Assembly: GCA_035548835.1 (NCBI GenBank)
Contig: DASZSB010000110.1
Span: 3,538-67,537, forward strand
Length of the DNA: 64,000 bases
Direction of reading: 5' to 3'
Origin: Gammaproteobacteria bacterium
GTDB taxonomy: Bacteria > Pseudomonadota > Gammaproteobacteria > Steroidobacterales > Rariloculaceae
Positions within the stretch are counted from its first letter, which is position 1. Every line of letters starts with the position of its first letter. Shown here piece after piece: positions 39,202 through 47,297 of this stretch. Below the pieces are notes generated by a model. The model was not told the origin of the DNA and did no database searches. It saw nothing but the letters and a program-made list of their open reading frames with translations. A program made the position numbers and the translations under genes.

Positions 39202-40437
39202 GTGAGCAGCTCGACTACCGCCGCGTCCGGGCAGGCGACCGGAACGGCGTTCGCAATTCTCGCCGCGATCAGCTTCTGTCACCTTCTGAACGACATGATG
39301 CAGTCGCTGCTGCCTGCCATCTACCCCATCCTGAAGGACAGCTACGGCCTCACGTTCGGCCAGATCGGCTTCATCACGTTCACGTTTCAGGTCACGGCTT
39401 CGCTGCTGCAGCCCGCCATCGGCAGCTTCACCGATCGACGGCCGCAGCCATACTCGCTCGCCGTCGGCATGGGCTTCTCGCTGATCGGCCTGCTGCTGCT
39501 GTCGCGGGCCAACACGTTTCCGCTGCTGCTCCTGGCTGCGGGGCTCGTGGGCAGCGGCTCGGCCGTGCTGCACCCGGAGTCGTCACGCGTCGCGCGCATG
39601 GCGGCGGGCCGTCAGCCCGGGCTCGCGCAGTCGCTGTTTCAGATGGGCGGCAACCTGGGGTCGTCGATCGGGCCGCTGTTCGCTGCGGCCGTCGTGCTCC
39701 GTTACGGGCAGGGCAGCGTGGCGTGGTTCGCACTCGCGGCCGTGCTCGGCATCGTGCTGCTCGCGCGCGTGGGCCGCTGGTACGTGCAGCACGGCATGCA
39801 ACGCATGCGGGCGCAGGCGCGTCGGGACGCAGGCGAAGCCCTGCCGCGTGGCCGCGTGGCGTTCGCGCTGGGGGTGCTGGTCACGCTCGTGTTCTCGAAG
39901 TTCGTGTACACGGCCAGCATCACGAGCTACTACACCTTCTATCTGATCGACCGCTTCGGGTTGTCCGTGCGTTCGGCGCAGATCCATCTGTTCGTGTATC
40001 TCGCGTCCGTGGCGCTCGGCACGCTGCTCGGGGGCTCGATCGGCGACCGGTTCGGCCGCAAGTTCGTCATCTGGGTTTCGATTCTCGGCGTGTTGCCGTT
40101 CACGCTCGTGCTGCCGTACGCCAACCTGTTCTGGACGGGCGTGCTGACCGTGCCGATCGGGTTGATCCTGGCCTCCGCGTTTCCCGCGATCGTCGTGTAC
40201 GGGCAGGAGCTCGTGCCGTTCAAGGTCGGCACGGTGGCGGGCCTGTTCTTCGGGCTGGCGTTCGGCCTCGGCGGGATCGGTGCCGCGCTCGTCGGGCAGT
40301 TGGCGGACGTCCACGGCGTGGAGTTCGTGTTCAGGTTGTGCTCGTGGTTGCCGGCGCTCGGTCTGCTGGCCGCGTTCTTGCCGCGCGTTCGGCCGCGTGG
40401 ACACGTGATCCGTCCGCCGATCGTCGAGAAGCGCTGA
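39202..40437 (+). CDS. fsr: MFS transporter, Fsr (fosmidomycin resistance) family
   Basis: The GTG at 39202 gives a 411-aa protein. The segment FAILAAISFCHLLNDMMQSLLPAIYPILKDSYGLTFGQIGFITFTFQVTASLLQP closely parallels the E. coli Fsr N-terminus. Confidence 0.88.
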   Translation: MSSSTTAASGQATGTAFAILAAISFCHLLNDMMQSLLPAIYPILKDSYGLTFGQIGFITFTFQVTASLLQPAIGSFTDRRPQPYSLAVGMGFSLIGLLLLSRANTFPLLLLAAGLVGSGSAVLHPESSRVARMAAGRQPGLAQSLFQMGGNLGSSIGPLFAAAVVLRYGQGSVAWFALAAVLGIVLLARVGRWYVQHGMQRMRAQARRDAGEALPRGRVAFALGVLVTLVFSKFVYTASITSYYTFYLIDRFGLSVRSAQIHLFVYLASVALGTLLGGSIGDRFGRKFVIWVSILGVLPFTLVLPYANLFWTGVLTVPIGLILASAFPAIVVYGQELVPFKVGTVAGLFFGLAFGLGGIGAALVGQLADVHGVEFVFRLCSWLPALGLLAAFLPRVRPRGHVIRPPIVEKR

Positions 40438-41118
40438 ACGAGGACTGTGCCGCTGCGCTCGCCCGGGGGCGGCCGCGCGTGACATAAGCGAAGACGCCCG
40501 CGTCGCGATCGCGCATGCACGCGGGGGCGTTCGACTCGGGCCGGCGCAGCGACGCATCCTGGCGCCGCCGGGCGGCCCGGGGGTCCGGCTGTGCGTTAGT
40601 GTTGTCGCGGGTGGGGTCCGAGCGTCGGTCCACGGGCGGCGATGCGCCGGCGGGTCCAGAAAACGGGTGCTCGCGAAACCCCTATGCACGTGCGCGAACA
40701 TTTGACTACACTAGCGGCTCGTTGCTCGCGGCACTTTGTCTGGTCAAACAGTGGTGGCAGGGCGCAGAGTTCGCTCTCACCGGGACGCCGTCGCCGCGGC
40801 TCGATAACTCGAATGAGGTTTGGTGCCACGTCCTAGACCCGACGAATCGGGCGAAGGGGTAAAACCCCAGGGCATGGTAGGGGGAATCTGTGGACGGTCT
40901 TTCAGACTGCCGTTGCGACCGCGGCCATTCCGGCCGGGCCCGTTTCGGGCTTGCGGTTGTCCGTCGTGGATTCTTCATGGAAACTATGATTTCGATGCGG
41001 AGCCCGCCCTCGCGGGCGGCCGCGGTCGTCCCCGGCACAGCCGGGAGCGGCCGGTCCATGGGGTTGTTCGCTGGCATGAGCCTTGTGCAGGGTAAATTTT
41101 CAGGAGGCGCTTTTTGTG

Positions 41119-41916
41119 ATGACGCTTTTCAAAACTAAAGTAGCTGCAGCTACTGGCCAACGGCTGGTCCACCTGCTGGTGGCCATCGTGCCGGCTCTGC
41201 TGGCCGCGCCCGCCGGTGCGCAGCTTCAAGAGGCGCTGACCGCACAAGTTCAGGCAGACAAAGAAGCGGCGCAGACGCAGGACCAGATCAAGACGATCCA
41301 GGAGCGCACGCAGGACGCCGCCGGTCGTTACGCGCAGGCCATGGCCGACGCGGACAGCCTCGAGCGTTACAACAACCAGCTCCAGGAGCAGGTCAAGTCG
41401 CAGCAGACCGAGATCGCGTCGATCGAGCGTCAGCTCACCGACATCGAGACGACCAACCGCGAAGTGCAGCCGCTGATGCAGCAGATGGTCGACACGCTCG
41501 CTCAGTTCGTGTCCCTCGACGTGCCGTTCCTGCTCGATGAGCGCCAGGCACGCGTGCAGGGCCTGAAGGACATGATGGCCCGGGCCGACGTGACGATCTC
41601 CGAGAAGTACCGCCGGATCCTCGAGGCCTACCAGATCGAGCTCGAGTACGGCCGCACGCTCGAAGCCTACCAGGGCCGTCTCGGCACCGGCGCCGATGCG
41701 CGCACGGTCGAGTTCGCACGGCTCGGTCGCGTGTCGCTGATGTATCGCACGATCGACGGCAGCGAGACCGGTTACTGGGACGCGACGAAGAAGTCGTGGG
41801 TCAAGGATGACAGCTACAAGCAGGCCGTGGAGGTTGCGCTGCGCGTCGCCAAGCGCGATGGCGCTGCCGAGTTGCTGACCGTACCTGTTCCGGCGCCGCA
41901 GGAGGTGCGGTCATGA
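41119..41916 (+). CDS. DUF3450 coiled-coil periplasmic protein (TtpB-like), copy 1
   Basis: RBS CAGGAGG; the start is ATG 41119 (or GTG 41116). It has a signal peptide, a long Q/E-rich coiled coil, and EKYRRILEAYQIELEYGRT...GYWD. It lies first in a TonB2-type cluster. Confidence 0.8.
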   Translation: MTLFKTKVAAATGQRLVHLLVAIVPALLAAPAGAQLQEALTAQVQADKEAAQTQDQIKTIQERTQDAAGRYAQAMADADSLERYNNQLQEQVKSQQTEIASIERQLTDIETTNREVQPLMQQMVDTLAQFVSLDVPFLLDERQARVQGLKDMMARADVTISEKYRRILEAYQIELEYGRTLEAYQGRLGTGADARTVEFARLGRVSLMYRTIDGSETGYWDATKKSWVKDDSYKQAVEVALRVAKRDGAAELLTVPVPAPQEVRS

Positions 41917-43310
41917 GAAAGATCACAACGTTGCTGCCGATCGTGGCAGCTCTTGGCGTCGCCGTTCCCGCGTTCGCGCAGCAGCAGGCCAGCAACCTCA
42001 GCGACCTGCTGAACCAGGTGCAGCAGGTCCGTGCCGAGACGAACGCGACGTTCGACAAGCGCCGCGCCGAGTACGAAGCGGCGGGCAGCGACGCGCAGAA
42101 GGCGGCGCTGATGCAGAAGGCCGAGCAGCAGCGCAAGGAGCTCGATGCGTCGTCGCAGAAGCTGGCCGACACCTATTCGGCGAACGAGGTCCGCATCAAC
42201 AACCTCAACCAGCAGCTGCGCGACAAGGCCGCGAAGCTCGGGCTCGCCGAGATCTTCGGCCTGGCCCGGCAGGCGGCAAACGACGATTCGACGATCCTGC
42301 AGCAGTCGCTGATCTCCACGCAGTTCCCGCCGGCGGCAGGCCAGCCCTCGCGCGACGAGTGGCTGCGTGAGTTCTCGAGCTCCCGCGCCACCCCGATGGC
42401 GACGGACCTGGAGCGGCTGTGGGTCGAGATCCAGCGGGAAATGACGGCCAGCGGCCAGGTCGCGAAGTACAAGACCCGTATCGTGCAGCCGGGCGGACAG
42501 AACACCGAGGCGGACGTGATCCGCATCGGCCCGTTCAATGCCATGGCGAATGGTCAGTTCCTGCAGTATCTGCCGAGCCTGCACACGTTCAGCGTATTGC
42601 CGCGGCAGCTGCCGCCGCAGTTCATGCGCGTGGCGGCGGCGTTCCAGAACGCCACGTCCGGCTATGCACAGGCGGTCGTCGACCCGAACCGCGGCGTGCT
42701 GCTCGGCCTGTACGTCGAGCGGCCGACTGTCGGCGAGCGTATCCAGCGCGGCGAGGAAGTCGGCTACGTCATCATCGTGGTCGGCGTGCTTGGCGTGCTC
42801 GCGTTCCTGTACCAGCTCGTGAGCCTCATCGTCGTTCGTCTGGGCGTCAGCAAGCAGCTGAAGAATCTGGACAAACCAAGCAAGAACAACCCGCTGGGCC
42901 GCGTGCTGCTGGCGTTCAAGGGCGACCCGAACCGCATCGAAGAGGACGCAGAAGTCGCCGAGCTGCGCATCACGGAAGCCGTGCTGCGCGAGGTTCCGAA
43001 GCTCGAGCGGTTCCAGGCGTTCCTGCGCCTCGCGGTCGCGGCCGGCCCGCTGCTCGGCCTGATCGGCACGGTCGTCGGCATGATCGTGACGTTCCAGAGC
43101 ATCACCGAGTCCGGCTCGAGCGATCCGAAGCTGATGGCCGGCGGTATCGGCCGCGCCATGATCGCGACGGTGCTGGGCCTCGGCATCGCGATCCCGCTGC
43201 TGTTCGCGAACGCGCTGTTGAACTCGCTGTCACGCGGCATCGTCCAGATTCTGGACGAGCAGAGCGCCGGCATGTTGGCCGAGAGCATCGAGAAGAAGCG
43301 TCATGCTTGA
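41913..43310 (+). CDS. large MotA/TolQ/ExbB-family proton-channel protein (TtpC-like), copy 1
   Basis: 465 aa with an ATGA overlap with the upstream gene. It has a signal peptide, a ~280-aa periplasmic N-domain, and a C-terminal channel core (AGPLLGLIGTVVGMIVTFQSI...). Confidence 0.85.
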   Translation: MRKITTLLPIVAALGVAVPAFAQQQASNLSDLLNQVQQVRAETNATFDKRRAEYEAAGSDAQKAALMQKAEQQRKELDASSQKLADTYSANEVRINNLNQQLRDKAAKLGLAEIFGLARQAANDDSTILQQSLISTQFPPAAGQPSRDEWLREFSSSRATPMATDLERLWVEIQREMTASGQVAKYKTRIVQPGGQNTEADVIRIGPFNAMANGQFLQYLPSLHTFSVLPRQLPPQFMRVAAAFQNATSGYAQAVVDPNRGVLLGLYVERPTVGERIQRGEEVGYVIIVVGVLGVLAFLYQLVSLIVVRLGVSKQLKNLDKPSKNNPLGRVLLAFKGDPNRIEEDAEVAELRITEAVLREVPKLERFQAFLRLAVAAGPLLGLIGTVVGMIVTFQSITESGSSDPKLMAGGIGRAMIATVLGLGIAIPLLFANALLNSLSRGIVQILDEQSAGMLAESIEKKRHA

Positions 43311-43824
43311 TCAAGTACCGCTGGTTCGGGGCATCGTTTCGCTGTCGAATGACGGCGGTCCGTTCGTCCTGCTGATCTACGCCGCGGGCGTGCTGATGTG
43401 GGCGCTGATCATCGAGCGGTACTGGTACTTCAGCTTCGTGCTGCCGAAGCAGGCGGCGAACCTGCAGGCCGAGTGGCTGGCCAGGAAGGACCGCTCTTCC
43501 TGGTGCGCACGGCAGATCCGGACGGCGATGATCTCGCGCCTCAACGGCTCCATGACAACGGGGTTCCCCGTGCTGCAGGTCCTGGTGCCGATGTCGCCGC
43601 TGCTCGGCCTGATCGGCACGGTCAGCGGCATGCTCGAGGTGTTCGATTCGATGGCGCTGCGCGGCAGTGCCGACGCGCGCAGCATGGCGAGCGGTGTATC
43701 CGCCGCCATGATCTGCACGATGTCGGGGCTGGCGGTCAGTATCACCGGGCTGTATCCGGTCCACTACTTCCGCACCCGGGCGACGCGCGAAACGGAGCTC
43801 CTGGCGGATAAACTGAGTTTCTAG
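43303..43824 (+). CDS. exbB: MotA/TolQ/ExbB proton channel protein
   Basis: 173 aa with 3 TM helices and the motif PLLGLIGTVSGMLEVFDSMA. It overlaps the upstream gene by 8 nt. Confidence 0.88.
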   Translation: MLDQVPLVRGIVSLSNDGGPFVLLIYAAGVLMWALIIERYWYFSFVLPKQAANLQAEWLARKDRSSWCARQIRTAMISRLNGSMTTGFPVLQVLVPMSPLLGLIGTVSGMLEVFDSMALRGSADARSMASGVSAAMICTMSGLAVSITGLYPVHYFRTRATRETELLADKLSF

Positions 43825-43826
43825 CC

Positions 43827-44237
43827 ATGCGCAAGCGAAGACACGCAGCAGACGGTCACGAGTCATCGCATGGCATCGACCTCGCGCCGATGCTGGACTT
43901 CGTGATCAATCTGCTGATCTTCTTCATCATCACTGCCGTGTTCGTCAAGGAATCGGGTCTTACCGTAAACCGGCCGACGTCGTTCGAGCAGGAGCGCAAG
44001 GAAGACTCGAAGAGCATCCAGATCCAGATCCTCGACAACGGGGAGATCTGGGTCGACAACCGTGCGGTGGATGCGCGCGCGGTGCGCGCGAACGTGGAGC
44101 GGCTCAGCGCCGTGAATCCCGACAGTGGCGTGCTGATCCTGGCGCAGGAGAAGGCACCCACCGGGACTCTCGTTGAGGTTGTCGACCAGGTGCACCTGGG
44201 CGGCATCTACAACATCACGTTCAGCACGACGCAGTAG
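43827..44237 (+). CDS. exbD: biopolymer transport protein ExbD/TolR, copy 1
   Basis: 136 aa. IDLAPMLDFVINLLIFFIIT is the N-terminal TM helix typical of ExbD. Confidence 0.88.
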   Translation: MRKRRHAADGHESSHGIDLAPMLDFVINLLIFFIITAVFVKESGLTVNRPTSFEQERKEDSKSIQIQILDNGEIWVDNRAVDARAVRANVERLSAVNPDSGVLILAQEKAPTGTLVEVVDQVHLGGIYNITFSTTQ

Positions 44238-44261
44238 GCGCAGGCCAGAGAGGGGAGAATC

Positions 44262-44681
44262 ATGCAGTCACGACGACATGCGCCGGACAGCGAGGATCAC
44301 GGCATCGACCTGGCGCCGATGCTGGATTTCACGATCAATCTGTTGATCTTCTTCATCATCACGACCTCGTTCATCAAGGAAGCCGGCGTCACCGTGTTCA
44401 AGCCGGCAGCGGTCACCGCGGTCAACAAACCGTCCGGCAACCTGCTGATTGCGATCCGCGAGAACGGGGATATCTGGATGGATCGCCGCCGGGTCGAGCT
44501 GCGCGACGTCCGGACGCTGATGGAGCGTCTCCATATCGAACGGCCGGAGGACACGGTCGTGATCATCGCCGACCGTGCGTCGAACGCTGGTGTGGTGGCG
44601 AAGGTCATGGACGAGGTCCGTCTGGCCGGCATCACGGACGTGTCGATCGCCGCGAACCCGAATGCGGGCGGCGGCGGTTGA
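44262..44681 (+). CDS. exbD: biopolymer transport protein ExbD/TolR, copy 2
   Basis: 139 aa with IDLAPMLDFTINLLIFFIIT. It is clearly paralogous to the preceding gene. Confidence 0.88.
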   Translation: MQSRRHAPDSEDHGIDLAPMLDFTINLLIFFIITTSFIKEAGVTVFKPAAVTAVNKPSGNLLIAIRENGDIWMDRRRVELRDVRTLMERLHIERPEDTVVIIADRASNAGVVAKVMDEVRLAGITDVSIAANPNAGGGG

Positions 44682-44700
44682 ACCGCAAAGGAGGACGACG

Positions 44701-45300
44701 ATGAATGCACTGAGAGTACCGATTGCAGTAATTGTCTCCGGCGTGCTCACCACGAGCATGTTCTGGCTCCTGTGGCACCTCGTCGGCCGGCAGTTCGACG
44801 CGGGTCAGGTTCAGGAAGCGCAGCGCATCGAGTTCTCGCGCATGCGCCGCGATACCGAGGTGGCCACCAAGCGCGACCAGAAGGTGGAGCGCGAGCGGCC
44901 GCCGCCGACTCCGGAAACTCCGCATATGAACTTCAGCGCGGGCGGCGTCGAAAGCAACGTCGCGCAGCTCGCGCCGGTCGTCGACACCCGCGGCGCCATG
45001 TCGCGCATGAGCATGTCGGCCGGCTCCGACCGCGACGTCATTCCGCTCGTGCGTATCGCGCCGGACTATCCGCCGCGGGCGCTGAGCCGCGGTCTCGAGG
45101 GCTGGGTGCAGGTGCGCTTCACGATCACGGCGACGGGCACGGTCAAGGACCCGATGGTGGTCAATCATTCGGATGCGGTGTTCGACGACGCCGCTCTGAA
45201 GGCGATTTCCCGGTGGCGTTACAACCCGCGCGTCGAAGGCGGCGTAGCCGTCGAGCGTGTGGGCATCGAAACCTTGATTACGTTCAAGCTCGAGAAGTAG
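44701..45300 (+). CDS. tonB: energy transducer TonB
   Basis: The ATG at 44701 follows AAAGGAGGA. It has an N-terminal TM helix, a short Pro-rich linker (RERPPPTPETP), and the C-terminal domain P.YP..A...G.EGWV.V.F.I...G.V.....V........FD.AAL.A..RW.Y.P. Confidence 0.88.
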   Translation: MNALRVPIAVIVSGVLTTSMFWLLWHLVGRQFDAGQVQEAQRIEFSRMRRDTEVATKRDQKVERERPPPTPETPHMNFSAGGVESNVAQLAPVVDTRGAMSRMSMSAGSDRDVIPLVRIAPDYPPRALSRGLEGWVQVRFTITATGTVKDPMVVNHSDAVFDDAALKAISRWRYNPRVEGGVAVERVGIETLITFKLEK

Positions 45301-45327
45301 ACAGGGAACAACGGGAGTCGAGGAAAC

Positions 45328-46596
45328 ATGCTTAGCCAACGTAACCGTTCGTTGCTTAGATTCCTGGGGGTTGCCGTGCTGCTCGCGGTCTTCCAGGTGT
45401 CCTGGGCCCAGCAGGCCCAGAAGAAGGACGAGAAGGCGTCCGCGCCCACGATCGACGCCGCCACCGGCAAAGTGCTGAACGAGGCGATCGAGCTGCTGAA
45501 CAAGGAAGACTACAAGGGGGCGGGTGCAAAGATCGCCACCTTGAATCTCGACAAGCTGAGCCCGTACGAGCGCAGCAAGGTCGAGCAGATCCTGTTCAAC
45601 GTCGCGTATTCGCAGGAAAAGTACGACGAGGCCCGCGGCCACCTGCAGAAGGCCATCGATGCCGGCGGCCTGAATCAGCAGGAGATCGAGCAGGCCCGCT
45701 ATCAGTCCGCCCAGCTGTACATGCAGCAGGAAAAGTGGAAGGAAGGCGCGGCGGCTCTCGAGGATTGGTTCAAGACCGCCACGAAGCCGAACTCTGCGGC
45801 GTACTACCTGCTGGCCGTCGCGTACTACCAGCAGGCAGTGGCGGCGAGCGGTAAGGCGGCGACGGACCTCTTCGGCAAGGCCCTGGTGCCGGCGAAGAAG
45901 GCCGTCGAGCTCATGGAGAAGCCGCAGGAGAGCTGGCTCTCGATGCTGTCGGCGCTGTATCTGCAGCGCGAGGAGTACAAGGAGGCCATCCCCGTTCTGC
46001 AGCAGCTGGTCAGCATTGCCCCGAGCAAGAAGGCCTACTGGCTGCAGCTGTCGTCGATCTACGGCCAGATGGAGGACTATTCGAACTCGCTTGCGGCCAT
46101 GCAGCTGGCGTACAACGCCGGTCTCGTGACGGAGGACTCCGAAATCCGTCGCCTCGCCGACCTGTTGCTGTTCAACTCGGTGCCGTACCGCGGTGCCCAG
46201 GTCCTCGAGTCGGCCATCGAGAAGAAGACCGTGAAGCTCGACGACAAGCTCTACGAGAAGCTTGCGAACTGCTGGATCGCGGCGGGCGAGTACGACAAGG
46301 CCATCAACCCGCTCCAGAAGTCGGCGGAGCTCTCCTCGAACGGCGACACCTGGGTGCGTCTCGGTGAGCTGCAGGTGCAGCGCGAGGACTGGCCGGCCGC
46401 GCTTACGGCTCTGCAGAAGGGCGTGGAGAAGGGACAGCTGAAGGATGCCGGAAACGCACAGCTGCTGATGGGCATCGCCTACTACAGCCAGAAGAATTAC
46501 AAGGAAGCCCGACCGTTCTTCGAGCGTGCCGCGCAGTCTGCGAAGCACAAACAGATCGCGACGAGCTACCTGCAGGCCATCAAGGCTCTCGGCTGA
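45328..46596 (+). CDS. tetratricopeptide-repeat periplasmic protein (TtpD-like)
   Basis: 422 aa with a signal peptide and multiple TPR-like A..Y..A......Y..A repeats. Its position after tonB matches TonB2-type clusters. Confidence 0.78.
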   Translation: MLSQRNRSLLRFLGVAVLLAVFQVSWAQQAQKKDEKASAPTIDAATGKVLNEAIELLNKEDYKGAGAKIATLNLDKLSPYERSKVEQILFNVAYSQEKYDEARGHLQKAIDAGGLNQQEIEQARYQSAQLYMQQEKWKEGAAALEDWFKTATKPNSAAYYLLAVAYYQQAVAASGKAATDLFGKALVPAKKAVELMEKPQESWLSMLSALYLQREEYKEAIPVLQQLVSIAPSKKAYWLQLSSIYGQMEDYSNSLAAMQLAYNAGLVTEDSEIRRLADLLLFNSVPYRGAQVLESAIEKKTVKLDDKLYEKLANCWIAAGEYDKAINPLQKSAELSSNGDTWVRLGELQVQREDWPAALTALQKGVEKGQLKDAGNAQLLMGIAYYSQKNYKEARPFFERAAQSAKHKQIATSYLQAIKALG

Positions 46597-46616
46597 TAGA
46601 CATTTAGGAACTCTGC

Positions 46617-47297
46617 ATGACGCGCATTTGGAAATACCCGCGGGTTGCCGGCGGGCTGTTGGCGGTAGCACTCACTGGCAGCGCACTCGCGCAACAGCAG
46701 CCGACTGGCGGGGATCGCTATGCCCGGACGTTGGCCGAGGCGGAGATCACTGCGCGCTACAACACGCAGATCGAGCAGCAGCTTCGCTCGCAGCAGGGCG
46801 AGATCGCTGCGCTCGAGCAGCAGATCGCGGGCCTCGATGCGACGGCCGAAGCCGTCGAGCCGCTGCTGCAGAAGATGTACACGCAGCTCGACGAGTTCGT
46901 GAAGAACGACGTGCCGTTCTTCCCCGCGGAGCGCGCCCAGCGCATGGAACGCCTCCGCGATCTGATGGCGCGTGTCGACGCGCCTGCGTCCGAACGGTTC
47001 CGTCGCCTGCTGGAGGCCTACCAGATCGAAATGGAGTACGGCCGCACGATGAGCGCGTACAAGGACAAGCTCGCGGACGGCCGCGAGGCGGAGTTCGTGC
47101 GTCTCGGCCGTGTATCGCTGTTCTACAGGACGATGGACGGCGGCGAGACGGGCTATTGGGACAATCAGAAGAAGAGCTGGGTACCGGATCGCGACTCGGC
47201 TCGCGCGATCGAGCAGGCGCTCGCCATCGCGAAGGAGCAGCGCGCACCGGACCTAATCGTGGTCCCGGTGCCGGCAGCGCAAGGAGGTAGATCGTGA
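46617..47297 (+). CDS. DUF3450 coiled-coil periplasmic protein (TtpB-like), copy 2
   Basis: 226 aa and paralogous to copy 1. ERFRRLLEAYQIEMEYGRT aligns with EKYRRILEAYQIELEYGRT, and FVRLGRVSLFYRTMDGGETGYWD aligns with FARLGRVSLMYRTIDGSETGYWD. Confidence 0.8.
   Translation: MTRIWKYPRVAGGLLAVALTGSALAQQQPTGGDRYARTLAEAEITARYNTQIEQQLRSQQGEIAALEQQIAGLDATAEAVEPLLQKMYTQLDEFVKNDVPFFPAERAQRMERLRDLMARVDAPASERFRRLLEAYQIEMEYGRTMSAYKDKLADGREAEFVRLGRVSLFYRTMDGGETGYWDNQKKSWVPDRDSARAIEQALAIAKEQRAPDLIVVPVPAAQGGRS

Noticed and set aside
40800-40960. Possible cobalamin riboswitch upstream of the TonB cluster (GGTGCC, GGGGGAATCTG...CAGACTGCC resembling the GGGAA / CCAG...CUGG core).
   Set aside because: There is no B12 box (AGYCMGGAGACCKGCC-like) and no GCCACTG element. 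The P4 loop does not resemble GGUGNAAAUCC. The similarity is limited to short GC-rich words, and only an Rfam scan could revive it.
40965-41000. Fur-box-like AT-rich patch (GGAAACTATGATTTCGATG) upstream of the TonB2-type cluster.
   Set aside because: In my best manual alignment only about 8 of 12 central positions match the GATAATGATAATCATTATC consensus, and the dyad symmetry is poor. This is too weak to annotate without a PWM score.
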